From contig CAWJGT010000019.1 of assembly GCA_963842525.1 (NCBI GenBank), positions 352,001-416,000 of the forward strand: a stretch of DNA of 64,000 nucleotides, in the 5' to 3' direction. Below, in pieces: positions 27,992 to 38,455 of this stretch. The position numbers were made by a program, and so were the translations under genes. Position 1 is the stretch's first letter; each line of letters begins with the position of its first letter. The notes below the pieces were generated by a model. It had not been told where the DNA came from. It did not search any database and saw only the letters and a program-made list of their open reading frames with translations. The stretch is from an uncultured Holophagales bacterium (lineage in GTDB: Bacteria; Acidobacteriota; Thermoanaerobaculia; Multivoradales; UBA5704).

Positions 27992-30175
27992 ATGACTCCG
28001 TTCCGTGATGTCCGCCGTCTGTTCCCCCTGCTCCTGCTGACCCTTCTGCTCCCGTCTGCCGCCGTCCTGGCCGCCGCACCGCCGGCCCGTTCCGACAATT
28101 TCCAGGAGTCCTCCCAGGTCGTCGCGGTCGAGGTTCCGATCAACGTGGTCGACCGGGACGGCAAGCCGGTGCGCGGGCTCACCGCCGCCGATTTCGAGAT
28201 CTTGGACCAGGGGGACGCCCAGACGATCACCGGCTTCGAGGTCGTCGACCTGGAGCAGGCCGGCAAGCCCGCGCCGGCGGCTGACGCGCTGCCCGAGGAG
28301 CCCCGCACCGCGAGCGCCCGGCGCCACTTCCTGCTGTTGTTCGACCTCTCCTACTCGTCCCCGACCGCGATCCTCAAGGCGCGGCTGGCGGCGCGGGAAT
28401 TCCTGCTCGAGTCGCTGCACCCGCAGGACGTCGCGGCGGTGGCCACCTTCTCGGTCCAGCGCGGCCCCCGCCTGGTGGTGGCCTTCACTCCCGACCGGGC
28501 GCAGCTCGCGCGGGCCATCGACACCCTCGGCCTGTACAACGTGCTCGACCCGACCGTCGAGCGCGACCCCCTGCGCCTGGTGCTCGAGGCGCCCGAGTCC
28601 TCCTTCAACCCCGCCAGCGGTCCAGAGAGCGAGCTCCGCGACGCCCTGAAGGCGCAGCGCGACCAGGCCGTGCTCGAGCACATCAGGACGCTGACCGCGG
28701 TGGTCGAGCAGAACGAGCGTACCTTCGCCGCGGCCCGCATCTCCGGCTTCACCCGCGCGCTGGCGGAGGTGGCCCGGGCGCTCAACGCCGTCCAGGGCCG
28801 CAAGCAGGTGATCTACTTCTCGGAAGGCTTCGACGGCAGGCTGCTGCTCGGGCGCTCCGACCCCGGCAGCCAGGAGGCCGAGCAGGACACCCAGAACATC
28901 ATGCGCGGCCAGACCTGGCTGGTGGACAGCGACACCCGCTACGGCAACACCGGCCTCCAGAACGACGTCAACCGCATGCTGGAGGAGTTCCGGCGGGCCG
29001 ATTGCGTCATCCAGGCGATCGACATCGGCGGCCTGCGGGCCGAGGCCGGGGCGGGCCAGCGCAGCGAGAGGCAGGACGGCCTCTTCGTGCTGGCCGACGG
29101 CACCGGCGGCGAGCTGTTCCGCAACGCCAACGACTTCCGCGGCCAGCTCGAGCGCGTGCTGGAGCACACCAGCGTCACCTACGTGCTGAGCTTCGAGCGC
29201 ACGGACCTCAAGACCGACGGCTCCTACCACCGGCTGCGGGTCAAGGCGAAGAACCTGCCGGCCGGAGCGCGGCTCTCCTACCGGACGGGCTACTACGCGC
29301 CGCGGCCCTTCCAGGACCTCGACCCGCTGGAGAAGAGCCTGCTCGCCTCGGACGGCATCATCAGCGCCGTGCCGCGGCGCGACCTCGCGCTGAGCGTGCT
29401 GGCCACGCCGTTCCGCGCCACTCCGACGCGGGCCTACGTGCCGGTCATCATCGAGGTCCCGGGGCGCAGCCTGCTCGAGGGGCAGCGCGGCAACAAGCTC
29501 ACCGTCGAGTTCTTCACCTACGCCAGCGACGGCCAGGAGCAGATGCGGGACTTTTTCTCCCAGATGGTGACCCTCGACCTCGGCAAGGGCCGCGCGGCGC
29601 TGGAGAAGACCGGCATCAAGTATTACGGCCATCTGGACCTGCCGCCCGGCAACTACCGGGTGCGCATCCTGGTGCGCAACTCCGAGACCGGCCGCACCGG
29701 CATCGAGTCCCTGCGGGTGTCGGTCCCGACCTACGAGGAGGCGCAGTCGATCCTCCTGCCGCCCCTCTTCATGGAGGACCGGCAGGGCTGGGTGATGGTC
29801 CGCGAGAAGGACAGCGAGACCCTCCAGACCTCGGTGGTCTACCCCTTCACGGTCAAGGGCGAGCCCTACGTGCCGTCCGCCCGGCCCGTCCTGGAGCGCG
29901 AGCGCTCCGCCTCCCTCTGCCTGGTGGCGTACAATCTGGGGCAGGGGGACCTGGACCTCGAAGGGAAGGTGTTGGCGGCGGATGGACAGACCTTGCCGGC
30001 CGGGCGCCTGTCGCTGATCGAGCGCACGTCGACCGGCATCTCGGGCCTGGACAAGCTGCTCGCCACCTTCGACCCCAAGGGCCTCCAGGCAGGGAGCTAC
30101 GTCCTGCACGTGGCGGTGAAGAACTCCGCCACTGGACAGCAGGAGGTCAACTCGCTGCCGTTCACGATCCGCTGA
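27992..30175 (+). CDS. Acidobacterial VWA-domain protein, paralog 1
   Basis: VEVPINVVDRDGKPVRGLTAADFEI, LLLFDLS, GRKQVIYFSEGF, LADGTGG, YVLSF, RTGYYAP. Confidence 0.88.
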   Translation: MTPFRDVRRLFPLLLLTLLLPSAAVLAAAPPARSDNFQESSQVVAVEVPINVVDRDGKPVRGLTAADFEILDQGDAQTITGFEVVDLEQAGKPAPAADALPEEPRTASARRHFLLLFDLSYSSPTAILKARLAAREFLLESLHPQDVAAVATFSVQRGPRLVVAFTPDRAQLARAIDTLGLYNVLDPTVERDPLRLVLEAPESSFNPASGPESELRDALKAQRDQAVLEHIRTLTAVVEQNERTFAAARISGFTRALAEVARALNAVQGRKQVIYFSEGFDGRLLLGRSDPGSQEAEQDTQNIMRGQTWLVDSDTRYGNTGLQNDVNRMLEEFRRADCVIQAIDIGGLRAEAGAGQRSERQDGLFVLADGTGGELFRNANDFRGQLERVLEHTSVTYVLSFERTDLKTDGSYHRLRVKAKNLPAGARLSYRTGYYAPRPFQDLDPLEKSLLASDGIISAVPRRDLALSVLATPFRATPTRAYVPVIIEVPGRSLLEGQRGNKLTVEFFTYASDGQEQMRDFFSQMVTLDLGKGRAALEKTGIKYYGHLDLPPGNYRVRILVRNSETGRTGIESLRVSVPTYEEAQSILLPPLFMEDRQGWVMVREKDSETLQTSVVYPFTVKGEPYVPSARPVLERERSASLCLVAYNLGQGDLDLEGKVLAADGQTLPAGRLSLIERTSTGISGLDKLLATFDPKGLQAGSYVLHVAVKNSATGQQEVNSLPFTIR

Positions 30176-30294
30176 GCGCTCCCCGGAGCCCGGCATGTCG
30201 TTTTTTGGTGTCTTGTTGTTGCGTACGTGAGGGCATTCAACGCCGACGCGGTCCGCCGGAGCTTTCCGGCGGCGCGGTGCGGAAAGGGGAGATC

Positions 30295-32466
30295 ATGAGA
30301 GGAAAGCTCGAGCTTCGCCGGCTCGGCGCGCTGGCGGCCGTCCTGGCCCTGGCTCTGGCCACCACCACCCAACCAGCCCCGATGGCTGCCCAGACGTTCT
30401 CGGAATCGGCCGACGTGGTCGTCGTCGAGGTGCCGGTGCAGGTCGTCCGCGACGGCCAGCCGGTGCGTGGCCTGACCGCCGCGGACTTCGAGGTCTACGA
30501 CGGCCGCCAGAAGCAGGCGGTCACCGGGTTCGAGGTCCTGGACCTCGAGGTCGCGGCGCCCGCCGGACGGGCGGCGGCGGAGGTCCCGGCCGCCGGCCGC
30601 CGTCACTTCCTGATGCTCTTCGACCTCTACTTCGCCGAGCCCAAGTCGGTCCTCAAGGCGCGCACGGCGGCCGCCGACGTGGTCGACAAGCTGCACCCGA
30701 CGGACATGGTGGCCGTTGCCACATACACGGCCGCCAAAGGGCCGCAGATCGTCCTCGGCTTCACCTCGGACCGGCGGCAGATCGGGGCGGCGCTCAACAG
30801 CCTGGGCGTGCCGCAGATGCTCGACCGCAGCCCCGACCCCCTGCGCCTGGTGCTGGCGGACACGCAGGCGGCGCAGAACAGCCCGCAGAAGAGCGGCTCC
30901 GACCTCGGCCTGGATGTGCGCGCCGCGATCGACGAGGCCGCGGTCGATCTGGCCGAGACCCTGGCCGGCGTCTCGGGGAGGGCTCAGGCCGCGCAGCAGA
31001 AGGCGGTGATCACCGGCATGACGCGTTCCCTGGCCGATCTGGCCAAGATGATGGCCGGCGTCGAAGGGCGCAAGCACGTGGTCTACCTCTCCGAGGGCTT
31101 CGACTCCAAGCTCGTCCAGGGCTCCCTCGGCGCCAGCACGTCCGACACCGGGAGCCTGGGCGAGGACAGGCCGACGAACAGCAACGTGTCGGAGAGCGGC
31201 GAGATCTGGAAGGTCGACTCCGAGGAGCGTTACGGCGACATCAAGACGGGCAACGACGTCGAGAAGATGCTGGAGGAGTTCCGGCGCGCCGACTGCGTCA
31301 TCCAGGCGGTGGACATCGCCGGCCTGCGCGGCCAGGCGGATCTGGCCGGCCGACGGACCGGCGGCAAGGACACGCTCTTCAACTTCGCCAAGAGCACGGG
31401 CGGCGAGCTGTACGAGAACTTCAACGACCTCTCGGCCGCCATGCAGCAGATGCTCAAGCGGACGAGCGTCACCTATGTGCTCGCCTTCCAGCCCGACCAG
31501 CTCAAGGCCGACGGCGCCTACCGTCGCCTGCGCGTCGAGCTGAAGGGCCAGCCGCGCGGCACGCGCGTGATCCACCGTCCCGGCTACTACGCGCCGCGTC
31601 CCTACACCAGCCTGACCGGCCTCGAAAAGATGCTCGACGCCGCCAACGACATCGCCAGCGGCGAGGAGGCCGGCGCCATCCGCACCTCGGTGCTGGCGGC
31701 GGCGTTCAAGGTGGCCGGCGAGAAGGCCTATGTCCCGGTGCTGATCGAGGTCGACGGCCCGACCCTGCTGGCCAACACGCAGGGCACGACCCTGCCGGCC
31801 GAGATCTACGTCTACGCCATGGACAAGGGCGGCTCGGTGCACGACTTCGTCAGCCAGACCTTCGGCCTCGACCTGGCCAAGACCGGGGCGCAGCTCCGCC
31901 AGACCGGCCTCAAGTTCTTCGGCCACGTCGACCTCCTGCCCGGCGACTACTCGATCCGGGTGCTGGTGCGCAACGGCGTGACCGGCGCCTCCAGCCTGCG
32001 GGTCCTGCCGCTCCATGTGCCGGTGTTCGCCCAGGCCGGACCGGTGCTGCTGCCGCCGTTCTTCCCCGAGCCGATGAACAAGTGGCTGCTCGCCCGCGAG
32101 CAGCGCGAGAACCAGGTGCAGGTGCCCTACCCCTTCCTGCAGCAGGACCAGCCGTACATCCCGTCGTCGAAGCCGGTGCTCGGCTCCGAGCAGGAGTCCG
32201 CACTGTCGCTGGTGGCCTACAACCTGCCCGCCGGGGAGCTCAAGGCACAGTCCAAGGTGTTCTCCCGGGACGGCAAGGAGCTCGGCGCCGGGGAGCTCCG
32301 GCTGCTCGGACGCGAGAGCGGCTCGCCCGACCGCCTGAAGGCCACCTTCCGGCCGCCGCGGCTCGAGCCGGGCGAATACCGGCTCCAGGTGACCCTGGTG
32401 GATGCCAGCGGGGCTTCCCAGACCAGCTCCACCCCCTTCGTCGTCGGCAAAGGCGCGAGCGGCTAG
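30295..32466 (+). CDS. Acidobacterial VWA-domain protein, paralog 2
   Basis: RBS ggggag; PVRGLTAADFEV, GRKHVVYLSEGF, STGG, HRPGYYAP; the 1154-aa ORF call is over-extended upstream. Confidence 0.88.
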   Translation: MRGKLELRRLGALAAVLALALATTTQPAPMAAQTFSESADVVVVEVPVQVVRDGQPVRGLTAADFEVYDGRQKQAVTGFEVLDLEVAAPAGRAAAEVPAAGRRHFLMLFDLYFAEPKSVLKARTAAADVVDKLHPTDMVAVATYTAAKGPQIVLGFTSDRRQIGAALNSLGVPQMLDRSPDPLRLVLADTQAAQNSPQKSGSDLGLDVRAAIDEAAVDLAETLAGVSGRAQAAQQKAVITGMTRSLADLAKMMAGVEGRKHVVYLSEGFDSKLVQGSLGASTSDTGSLGEDRPTNSNVSESGEIWKVDSEERYGDIKTGNDVEKMLEEFRRADCVIQAVDIAGLRGQADLAGRRTGGKDTLFNFAKSTGGELYENFNDLSAAMQQMLKRTSVTYVLAFQPDQLKADGAYRRLRVELKGQPRGTRVIHRPGYYAPRPYTSLTGLEKMLDAANDIASGEEAGAIRTSVLAAAFKVAGEKAYVPVLIEVDGPTLLANTQGTTLPAEIYVYAMDKGGSVHDFVSQTFGLDLAKTGAQLRQTGLKFFGHVDLLPGDYSIRVLVRNGVTGASSLRVLPLHVPVFAQAGPVLLPPFFPEPMNKWLLAREQRENQVQVPYPFLQQDQPYIPSSKPVLGSEQESALSLVAYNLPAGELKAQSKVFSRDGKELGAGELRLLGRESGSPDRLKATFRPPRLEPGEYRLQVTLVDASGASQTSSTPFVVGKGASG

Positions 32467-32475
32467 GAGACGACA

Positions 32476-34647
32476 ATGCGAACCGCAACGATGCTCTCCA
32501 GGACCGTGCTCGCCGGCTGCGCCCTCTGGGCGGGGGCCGCGGGCGTGGCGCAGGCTGCCGAACAGAAGACCTTCAGCGACGTCACCGAGGTCACCGCTGT
32601 CGAGATCCCGGTCCAGGTGGTCCAGAACGGCGAGCCCGTCCGCGGCCTCAAGGCCGAGGACTTCGAGGTCTTCGACGGGCGCAAGCGCCAGCCGGTCACC
32701 GGCTTCGAGGTGCTCGACCTCGAGATCCCCGCCGCCGGCCCGCGTGCGCAAGCCGTCGCGGCCACGGCGCGGCGCCGCTTCCTCCTCCTCTTCGACCTCT
32801 CCTTTTCCCGCCAGGAGGCGGTCACCCGGGCGCGCGGCGCCGCCCGCCAGGTGCTCGGCAAGCTCCACGCGAGCGACCTGGTGGGCGTGGCGACCTTCAG
32901 CTTCGCGAAGGGGCCGCAGATGGTCCTCGGCTTCACGGCCGACCGCGCGCAGGTGGAGGCGGCCCTCGACCGGCTCGACTTCGTGGAGCGGCGCGGCGAT
33001 CCTCTCCGGCTGACCTTCATGAGCGAGGGCCTGACCTTCGGCTCGGACGTGATGAAGCCGGAGACCAGCCGCGGTCCCGCCGGGAGGGCGGCGGACGCGA
33101 TCGAAGCGAAGGAGGCGGCGGAAGGGACGCCGGCTGCGGCGCCGGTCATCACCCTGCCGGACATGGGGACCTTCAGCGGCAACAGGAAGGCTGCCCGGGA
33201 CGCCGAAAAGAGCGACCTCGTGGCCTTCACCCAGGCGCTCGGCGCCTTCTCCAAGGCGCTGGGCGACGTCCGCGGGCGCAAATACGTCGTCTTCCTGTCC
33301 GAGGGGTTCAAGAGCAACATCATCCTGGGCACGGACAACCCGGATGAGGTCGAGGCCATGAACACCTCCTCGATGCGCGGCGACGTCTGGAACATCGACT
33401 CCGACCGCCGGTTCGGCAGCACGGGGGCGACCAACGCCCTGGAGGGCATGCTCCAGGAGATGCGCCGCGCCGACTGCATCGTCCAGGCCGTGGACATCGG
33501 CGGCGCGCGCATCGACGACGCCATGGGGCAGGACGGGCTCTTCATCATGGCCCAGTCCACGGGCGGCGACCTCTACCGCAACTTCAACGACCTCTCGGCG
33601 GCCATGGGGCAGATGCTCAGGAAGACGAGCGTCACCTACGTCCTCTCCTTCCAGCCGGACGGCCTGAAGCGCGACGGCTCCTACCACCAGGTACGGGTGG
33701 AGCTGAAGAGCGGCCCCAAGGGGGCGCGGGTCGTCCACCGGCCCGGTTACTACGCGCCGCGGCCGTACGCGGAGCAGAGCGGGCTGGAGAAGATGCTCGA
33801 CACCGCCAGCCGGGTGGTGAGCGGCCAGGACGGCGGCCCGGTCGGCCTGTCCGTGCTGGCGGCGCCCTTCCGCATGCCGGAAGGCAAGGCCTACGTGCCG
33901 GTGATCCTCGAAGTCGACGGCACGTCTCTCCTCGCCGGCCTGGACGGCGCGCTCCTGCCGGCCGAGGTCTACGCCTATGCGCTGGACGGCAACGGCGTCG
34001 TCCAGGACTACTTCGCACAGAACCTGGGCCTGGACCTCGCCAAGGCCGGACCGGGCCTGCAGAACCGCGGCCTGAAGTTCTTCGGCCACCTCGACCTGGT
34101 GCCCGGGGAGTATTCGCTGCGCGTCCTGGTGCGCAACGGCAAGACCGGGAGCTTCGGCATGCGGGTGGTCTCGATGCAGGTCCCCGCCTTCAGCGCCGCC
34201 GATCCCGTCCTGCTGCCGCCGTTGTTCCCCGACACGCAGCAGGACCGCTGGCTGATCGTGCGCGAGACGCCGCGCGGGGAGGCGCGCGAGGTCGCCTATC
34301 CCTTCATGGCCGGCGAACGGCCGTACGTGCCCGCCTCGCTGCCGGTCCTGGCCGCGGGCACCGAGGTCCCGCTGGCCCTGGTCGGCTACCACCTGCGGCC
34401 CGGGCAGCTCGCGGCCGAGACGCGCATCCTGACCGCCGACGGCCGCGAAGCGGGCGTCGGGCAGATCCGCGTCCTCTCCCGGCACGGCGGCGCGGCGAAA
34501 CCGGACCAGCTCGTGGCGACCTTCCGGCCGCCGCCCGCCCTGGCGGCCGGCGACTACCTGCTGCTGATCACCGTGACCGACACGACCGGCGCGACCCAGA
34601 CGAGCGCCGGGTCCTTCCGGATCGCGCAGCAGGGAGGGCCCGGATAG
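32476..34647 (+). CDS. Acidobacterial VWA-domain protein, paralog 3
   Basis: PVRGLKAEDFEV, LLFDLS, GRKYVVFLSEGF, HRPGYYAP. Confidence 0.88.
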   Translation: MRTATMLSRTVLAGCALWAGAAGVAQAAEQKTFSDVTEVTAVEIPVQVVQNGEPVRGLKAEDFEVFDGRKRQPVTGFEVLDLEIPAAGPRAQAVAATARRRFLLLFDLSFSRQEAVTRARGAARQVLGKLHASDLVGVATFSFAKGPQMVLGFTADRAQVEAALDRLDFVERRGDPLRLTFMSEGLTFGSDVMKPETSRGPAGRAADAIEAKEAAEGTPAAAPVITLPDMGTFSGNRKAARDAEKSDLVAFTQALGAFSKALGDVRGRKYVVFLSEGFKSNIILGTDNPDEVEAMNTSSMRGDVWNIDSDRRFGSTGATNALEGMLQEMRRADCIVQAVDIGGARIDDAMGQDGLFIMAQSTGGDLYRNFNDLSAAMGQMLRKTSVTYVLSFQPDGLKRDGSYHQVRVELKSGPKGARVVHRPGYYAPRPYAEQSGLEKMLDTASRVVSGQDGGPVGLSVLAAPFRMPEGKAYVPVILEVDGTSLLAGLDGALLPAEVYAYALDGNGVVQDYFAQNLGLDLAKAGPGLQNRGLKFFGHLDLVPGEYSLRVLVRNGKTGSFGMRVVSMQVPAFSAADPVLLPPLFPDTQQDRWLIVRETPRGEAREVAYPFMAGERPYVPASLPVLAAGTEVPLALVGYHLRPGQLAAETRILTADGREAGVGQIRVLSRHGGAAKPDQLVATFRPPPALAAGDYLLLITVTDTTGATQTSAGSFRIAQQGGPG

Positions 34648-34652
34648 CGGGC

Positions 34653-35852
34653 GTGGCGGCGGCGCCCACCGAAGCGCGCCTCTGGCTGAAGCCTGGGCGG
34701 GACAAGAGCGTCCGCGAGGGGCACCCGTGGATCTTCTCCGGCGCCGTGGCGCGGCTGGAGGGCCCGGAAGACGCGCCCCTCGCCCGCGTTTTCGACGCCG
34801 CCGGCCGCCTCCTCGGCCTCGGCTTCTACAGCCCGCGGTCGCAGATCCGTGTCCGCATGCTCGGAGCCGGGGTGGAGGAGGTGGCCCCTGCCTTCTTCCA
34901 GGCCCGGTTGGACGAGGCCATGGTCCTCCGCCGCGCCGTGGTCCCTGCGGACACGACCGGCTACCGCCTGCTCAATGCCGAAGGGGACGGCGTGCCCGGC
35001 TGGACCGTCGATCGCTTCGGCGACGTGCTGGTCAGCCAGGTGACCGTCGCCGGCCTCGAAACGCTCCGCGGCGAGGCCTACGCCGCCCTGCGCGGCCTCT
35101 TTCCGGAGAGCCCGATCCTCCAAGCCAACGACCTGCCGTCGCGGCGGGCCGAGGGGCTGTCCCTGGAGGACGAGCCAATCACGGAGATATCGGGAGACGC
35201 ACCGGCCGAGGTCCCCTTCACCGAGTCCGGCCTGTGCTTCACGGCCGAGCTCGCCGGACAGAAGACCGGCTTCTACTGCGACCAGCGGGAGAACCGGCGC
35301 CTGGCCGAAACCCTGGCCGGAGGGCGGACGGTCCTCGACCTCTTCGCCTATACCGGCGCCTTCGGCGTCTACGCCCTGCGCGGCGGAGCGGCGCGCGTGA
35401 CCCACGTCGAGTCCTCGGCTCGCCTGGCCGAACGGGGGATGGCCCAGGTCGAGCGCAACGGCCTGGACACCAGCCGTGTCGAATGGGTCAAGGCCAACGT
35501 CTTCCAGGACCTGCGGCAGAGGACCGAGCGCTACGGCCTGATCATTTGCGATCCGCCGCCGCTGGTGCGCAAGAAGCCCGACCTGGACGCCGCGGCACGC
35601 GCCTACAAGGACCTGAACCGTCTGGCCCTGGGCCGGGTGGAGCCGGGCGGCTTCCTCCTCACCTTCAGTTGCAGTGGCGCCGTGGACACCAAGCTCTTCC
35701 GCCAGATCTTTTTCGCCGCCGCCGTCGAAGCCGGCGTCCGCGTTGCCCTCCTGCGTCCCCTCGCCGCCGCGCCGGATCATCCGGTGGCGATCACCCATCC
35801 GCAGGGCGAATACCTGAAAGGGTGGTGGGCGGCGGTGACCGGGCCGGTGTGA
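34653..35852 (+). CDS. rlmI: RlmI-like class I SAM-dependent rRNA methyltransferase
   Basis: GHPWIFSG (PUA), AEGDGVPG, GQKTGFYCDQRENR, VLDLFAYTGAF, DPP, FSCS, YLKG. Confidence 0.88.
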   Translation: MAAAPTEARLWLKPGRDKSVREGHPWIFSGAVARLEGPEDAPLARVFDAAGRLLGLGFYSPRSQIRVRMLGAGVEEVAPAFFQARLDEAMVLRRAVVPADTTGYRLLNAEGDGVPGWTVDRFGDVLVSQVTVAGLETLRGEAYAALRGLFPESPILQANDLPSRRAEGLSLEDEPITEISGDAPAEVPFTESGLCFTAELAGQKTGFYCDQRENRRLAETLAGGRTVLDLFAYTGAFGVYALRGGAARVTHVESSARLAERGMAQVERNGLDTSRVEWVKANVFQDLRQRTERYGLIICDPPPLVRKKPDLDAAARAYKDLNRLALGRVEPGGFLLTFSCSGAVDTKLFRQIFFAAAVEAGVRVALLRPLAAAPDHPVAITHPQGEYLKGWWAAVTGPV

Positions 35853-35921
35853 GGCAGGGTGTCCCGTAGCAGCGGGGGGCCTCACCTTTCAGGGTAGAGG
35901 TCCCAAGAAAGGAGAGGAGCG

Positions 35922-36092
35922 ATGAAGAAGAGGGTGAAAAAGTTGAGCCTCAGCCGTGAAACGGTGCGCCTGCTCGAGAGCGAGGCGGTGCAGGAGGCGA
36001 AGGGCGCCGTGAGCACCTCCTGCTGGAGCGACTGCTACTGCACCAACTACTCCGCATGTTGCGGCGGCGGCGGAACGCAGCTCTGCTGGTAG
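35922..36092 (+). CDS. Lanthipeptide-like RiPP precursor, 56 aa (absent from the ORF track)
   Basis: RBS aggagaggag; MKKRVKKLSLSRETVRLLESEAVQEAKGA-VSTSCWSDCYCTNYSACCGGGGTQLCW*. Confidence 0.85.
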   Translation: MKKRVKKLSLSRETVRLLESEAVQEAKGAVSTSCWSDCYCTNYSACCGGGGTQLCW

Positions 36093-36103
36093 TCCTCGAA
36101 CCG

Positions 36104-36142
36104 GGACGTTGACGGTCCCCTTCCACCGGGCCGTCAACGTCC
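36104..36142 (+). terminator. Hairpin after the precursor peptide gene
   Basis: ggacgttgacggtcc...gggccgtcaacgtcc. Confidence 0.55.
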
Positions 36143-36309
36143 GCCTGCCTCGTCGCTTTTCGCCCATCCCTTGGCGCGCTCCACTGCCTTGGCCCACAGC
36201 GCGCGCAGCAGGTCCGCCACACCTGCCTGGATGCGGCCATAGGTCACACTGGCGGTCTCTTGAGGCTCGTCTGTTGCCCTCGGGAGGTAGATGGGCCTAT
36301 GATTGGGAT

Positions 36310-36534
36310 ATGAAAGCCGTCACAGGTACCATCGTACACGGTAGAATTGAGGTTCCAGTAGATTTTGCGGCTGAGGGAGCCCAGGTCGTCGTGCTGGCTC
36401 CCGAGTCCGGCGGGCCCATCCTGCTTTCCCAGGCCGAGGAGAGAGAGCTCTTGGAAGCGATGGAAGAGATTCGCCGAGGTGAGTATGTGACCGGTGAAGA
36501 CCTTCTGAGTGAGCTGCGCTCTCTGCGGTCTTGA
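36310..36534 (+). CDS. Probable type II antitoxin (partner of ParE-like toxin)
   Basis: MKAVTGTIVHGRIEVP...EERELLEAMEEIRRGEYVTGEDLLSEL; stop overlaps the toxin start. Confidence 0.7.
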   Translation: MKAVTGTIVHGRIEVPVDFAAEGAQVVVLAPESGGPILLSQAEERELLEAMEEIRRGEYVTGEDLLSELRSLRS

Positions 36535-36753
36535 GATTTCGCATCCGGGTTTCTCCTCGCGCAGCCACTCAGATCCGCGTTGCCGCGAGAGGGTGGTCCG
36601 AAAACCGCCCGAAGGCTCCAGAGGCCTTAAGTTCGGCGGGTTCTCTTGGGGCGCATCCGCTACCAACTCTATTACAGCGTCTCACACGAGAGCGGGACGA
36701 TCGAGATCCTGACGCTCTGGCACACAAGCCGAGGTAGCTCGCCGAAGCTCTAG
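36531..36753 (+). pseudogene. RelE/ParE toxin with internal deletion and frameshift
   Basis: N-terminal RIRVSPRAATQI...WSENRPKAPEA is joined out of frame to RRVLLGRIRYQLYYSV...IEILTLWHTSRGSSPKL*; the central helix is missing. Confidence 0.7.
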
Positions 36754-36786
36754 CGGCTACAAGGGCCCGAAAGGTCTCTCGAAGCC

Positions 36787-38274
36787 TCAGGGCTGCGCCC
36801 AGCCGCTGGCGCGCTCCACGGCCCGTCCCCACAGCGCACGCATCCCGGCCGCCTTGTCCGCGCCCATGGCAGGCTCGAAAATCCTTTCCACCCGCCAGCG
36901 GGCGGCGATCTCGTCGAGGTCCTTCCACAGGCCGACGCCCAGGCCGGCAAGGTAGGCGGCGCCCAGGGCGGTGGTTTCGGGCAGGGCGGGCCGGACCACC
37001 GGCACACCCATGAGGTCGGCCTGGAGCTGCATCAGCAGGTCGTTGGTGGCGGCGCCGCCGTCGACGCGCAGCTCGGTCAGCCGGACGCCCGAGTCCGCCT
37101 CCATGGCGCTCAGCAGGTCCGCCACCTGGAGGGCGATGCTCTCCAGGGCCGCGCGGGCGATGTGCCCGGCCGTGGTGCCGCGGGTGATGCCGACCAGGAT
37201 GCCGCGGGCGTACGGATCCCAATGCGGCGCGCCGAGGCCGGTGAAGGCGGGGACCATAACGACACCGCCGGAGTCGGGAACGCTCGCCGCCAGCGCCTCG
37301 ACCTCGCCGGAGGAGCGGATGAGACCGAGGCCGTCCCGCAGCCACTGCACGACCGCGCCGCCGACGAAGACGCTCCCTTCGAGCGCGTAGTCGGTCCGGT
37401 CCCCCAGCCGCCAGGCCGGCGTGGTGAGCAGCTTGTTGGCCGAGGGGACCGGACGGCCCGTGTTCAGGAGCAGGAAGCAACCGGTGCCATAGGTGTTCTT
37501 GGCCATCCCGGGCCGGATGCAGGCCTGGCCGAAGAGCGCGGCCTGCTGGTCGCCGGCAACTCCCGCGATGGGGATGGGCCCGCCGAGCAGGCCGGTGGCG
37601 GTCTCGGCGTAGACCTCACTCGACGAGCGGACCTCGGGGAGCATCGCTCGGGGCACACCGAGGAGGCGCAGCAGCTCCTCGTCCCAGGTGCCCGTGTGGA
37701 TGTCGAAAAGCAGCGTGCGCGAGGCGTTGGTCACATCGGTGACATGCAGCGCGCCGCCCGTCAGGTTCCAGATCAGCCAGGAATCGACGGTGCCGAACGC
37801 GAGCCGGCCGGCCTCGGCCCCTTCGCGAGCCCCGGGCACGTTGTCCAGGATCCAGGCGAGCTTGGTGCCGGAGAAGTAGGGGTCGAGCAGCAGGCCGGTC
37901 TTCTCACGAAAGAGCGGCTCGCGGCCGTCATGGCGTAACTGATCGCAGAGGCCGGCGGTGCGGCGGTCCTGCCAGACGATGGCATTGCCAACCGGGCGCC
38001 CCGTGGCGCGGTCCCAGACCACCACCGTCTCCCGCTGGTTGGTGATACCGATCGCGGCGATATCCCCGGCGGTCAGCCCGGCCCGGGCCAAAGCCTCGGC
38101 CGCGACGCCGATCTGCGACGCCCAGATCTCCATCGGGTCGTGCTCGACCCAGCCCGGCTGCGGAAAGATCTGCCGGAACTCCCGCTGGGCAAGGGCGACG
38201 ACGGTGCCCTCCTCGTCGAAGACGAGCGCGCGCGAGCTGGTAGTCCCCTGGTCGAGAGCGAGGATATGCGGCAC
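36787..38274 (-). CDS. glpK: Glycerol kinase
   Basis: [56 protein letters not shown]. Confidence 0.96.
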   Translation of the reverse strand: MPHILALDQGTTSSRALVFDEEGTVVALAQREFRQIFPQPGWVEHDPMEIWASQIGVAAEALARAGLTAGDIAAIGITNQRETVVVWDRATGRPVGNAIVWQDRRTAGLCDQLRHDGREPLFREKTGLLLDPYFSGTKLAWILDNVPGAREGAEAGRLAFGTVDSWLIWNLTGGALHVTDVTNASRTLLFDIHTGTWDEELLRLLGVPRAMLPEVRSSSEVYAETATGLLGGPIPIAGVAGDQQAALFGQACIRPGMAKNTYGTGCFLLLNTGRPVPSANKLLTTPAWRLGDRTDYALEGSVFVGGAVVQWLRDGLGLIRSSGEVEALAASVPDSGGVVMVPAFTGLGAPHWDPYARGILVGITRGTTAGHIARAALESIALQVADLLSAMEADSGVRLTELRVDGGAATNDLLMQLQADLMGVPVVRPALPETTALGAAYLAGLGVGLWKDLDEIAARWRVERIFEPAMGADKAAGMRALWGRAVERASGWAQP

Positions 38275-38299
38275 GGCACGTACTATACCGGCCCGCAGC

Positions 38300-38455
38300 G
38301 CGTAGAGACGCCCTAGTCCACGACCACCACGCTTGTGGCAACCCCTGCGGCCAGGGCGTCTCCAAGGCCCCCGCAACCTCCAACGCCCCGCCAATGCCAC
38401 ACGGTCCCGCCAGCATGGCACCAAACCTTTGCCAACATCCCGGCGTCTCTACGGG
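38300..38455. repeat. GTAGAGACGCC...GGCGTCTCTAC REP-type element; first ~90 bp inverted-repeated at 41290-41378
   Basis: cgtagagacgccctagtccacgaccacc...ggccagggcgtctccaaggcccccgc. Confidence 0.8.

Noticed and set aside
13260-34485. Very long antisense ORFs (13260-16430, 18454-23268, 27896-30196, 30097-34485)
   Set aside because: Shadow ORFs opposite real genes, expected at this GC content and codon bias
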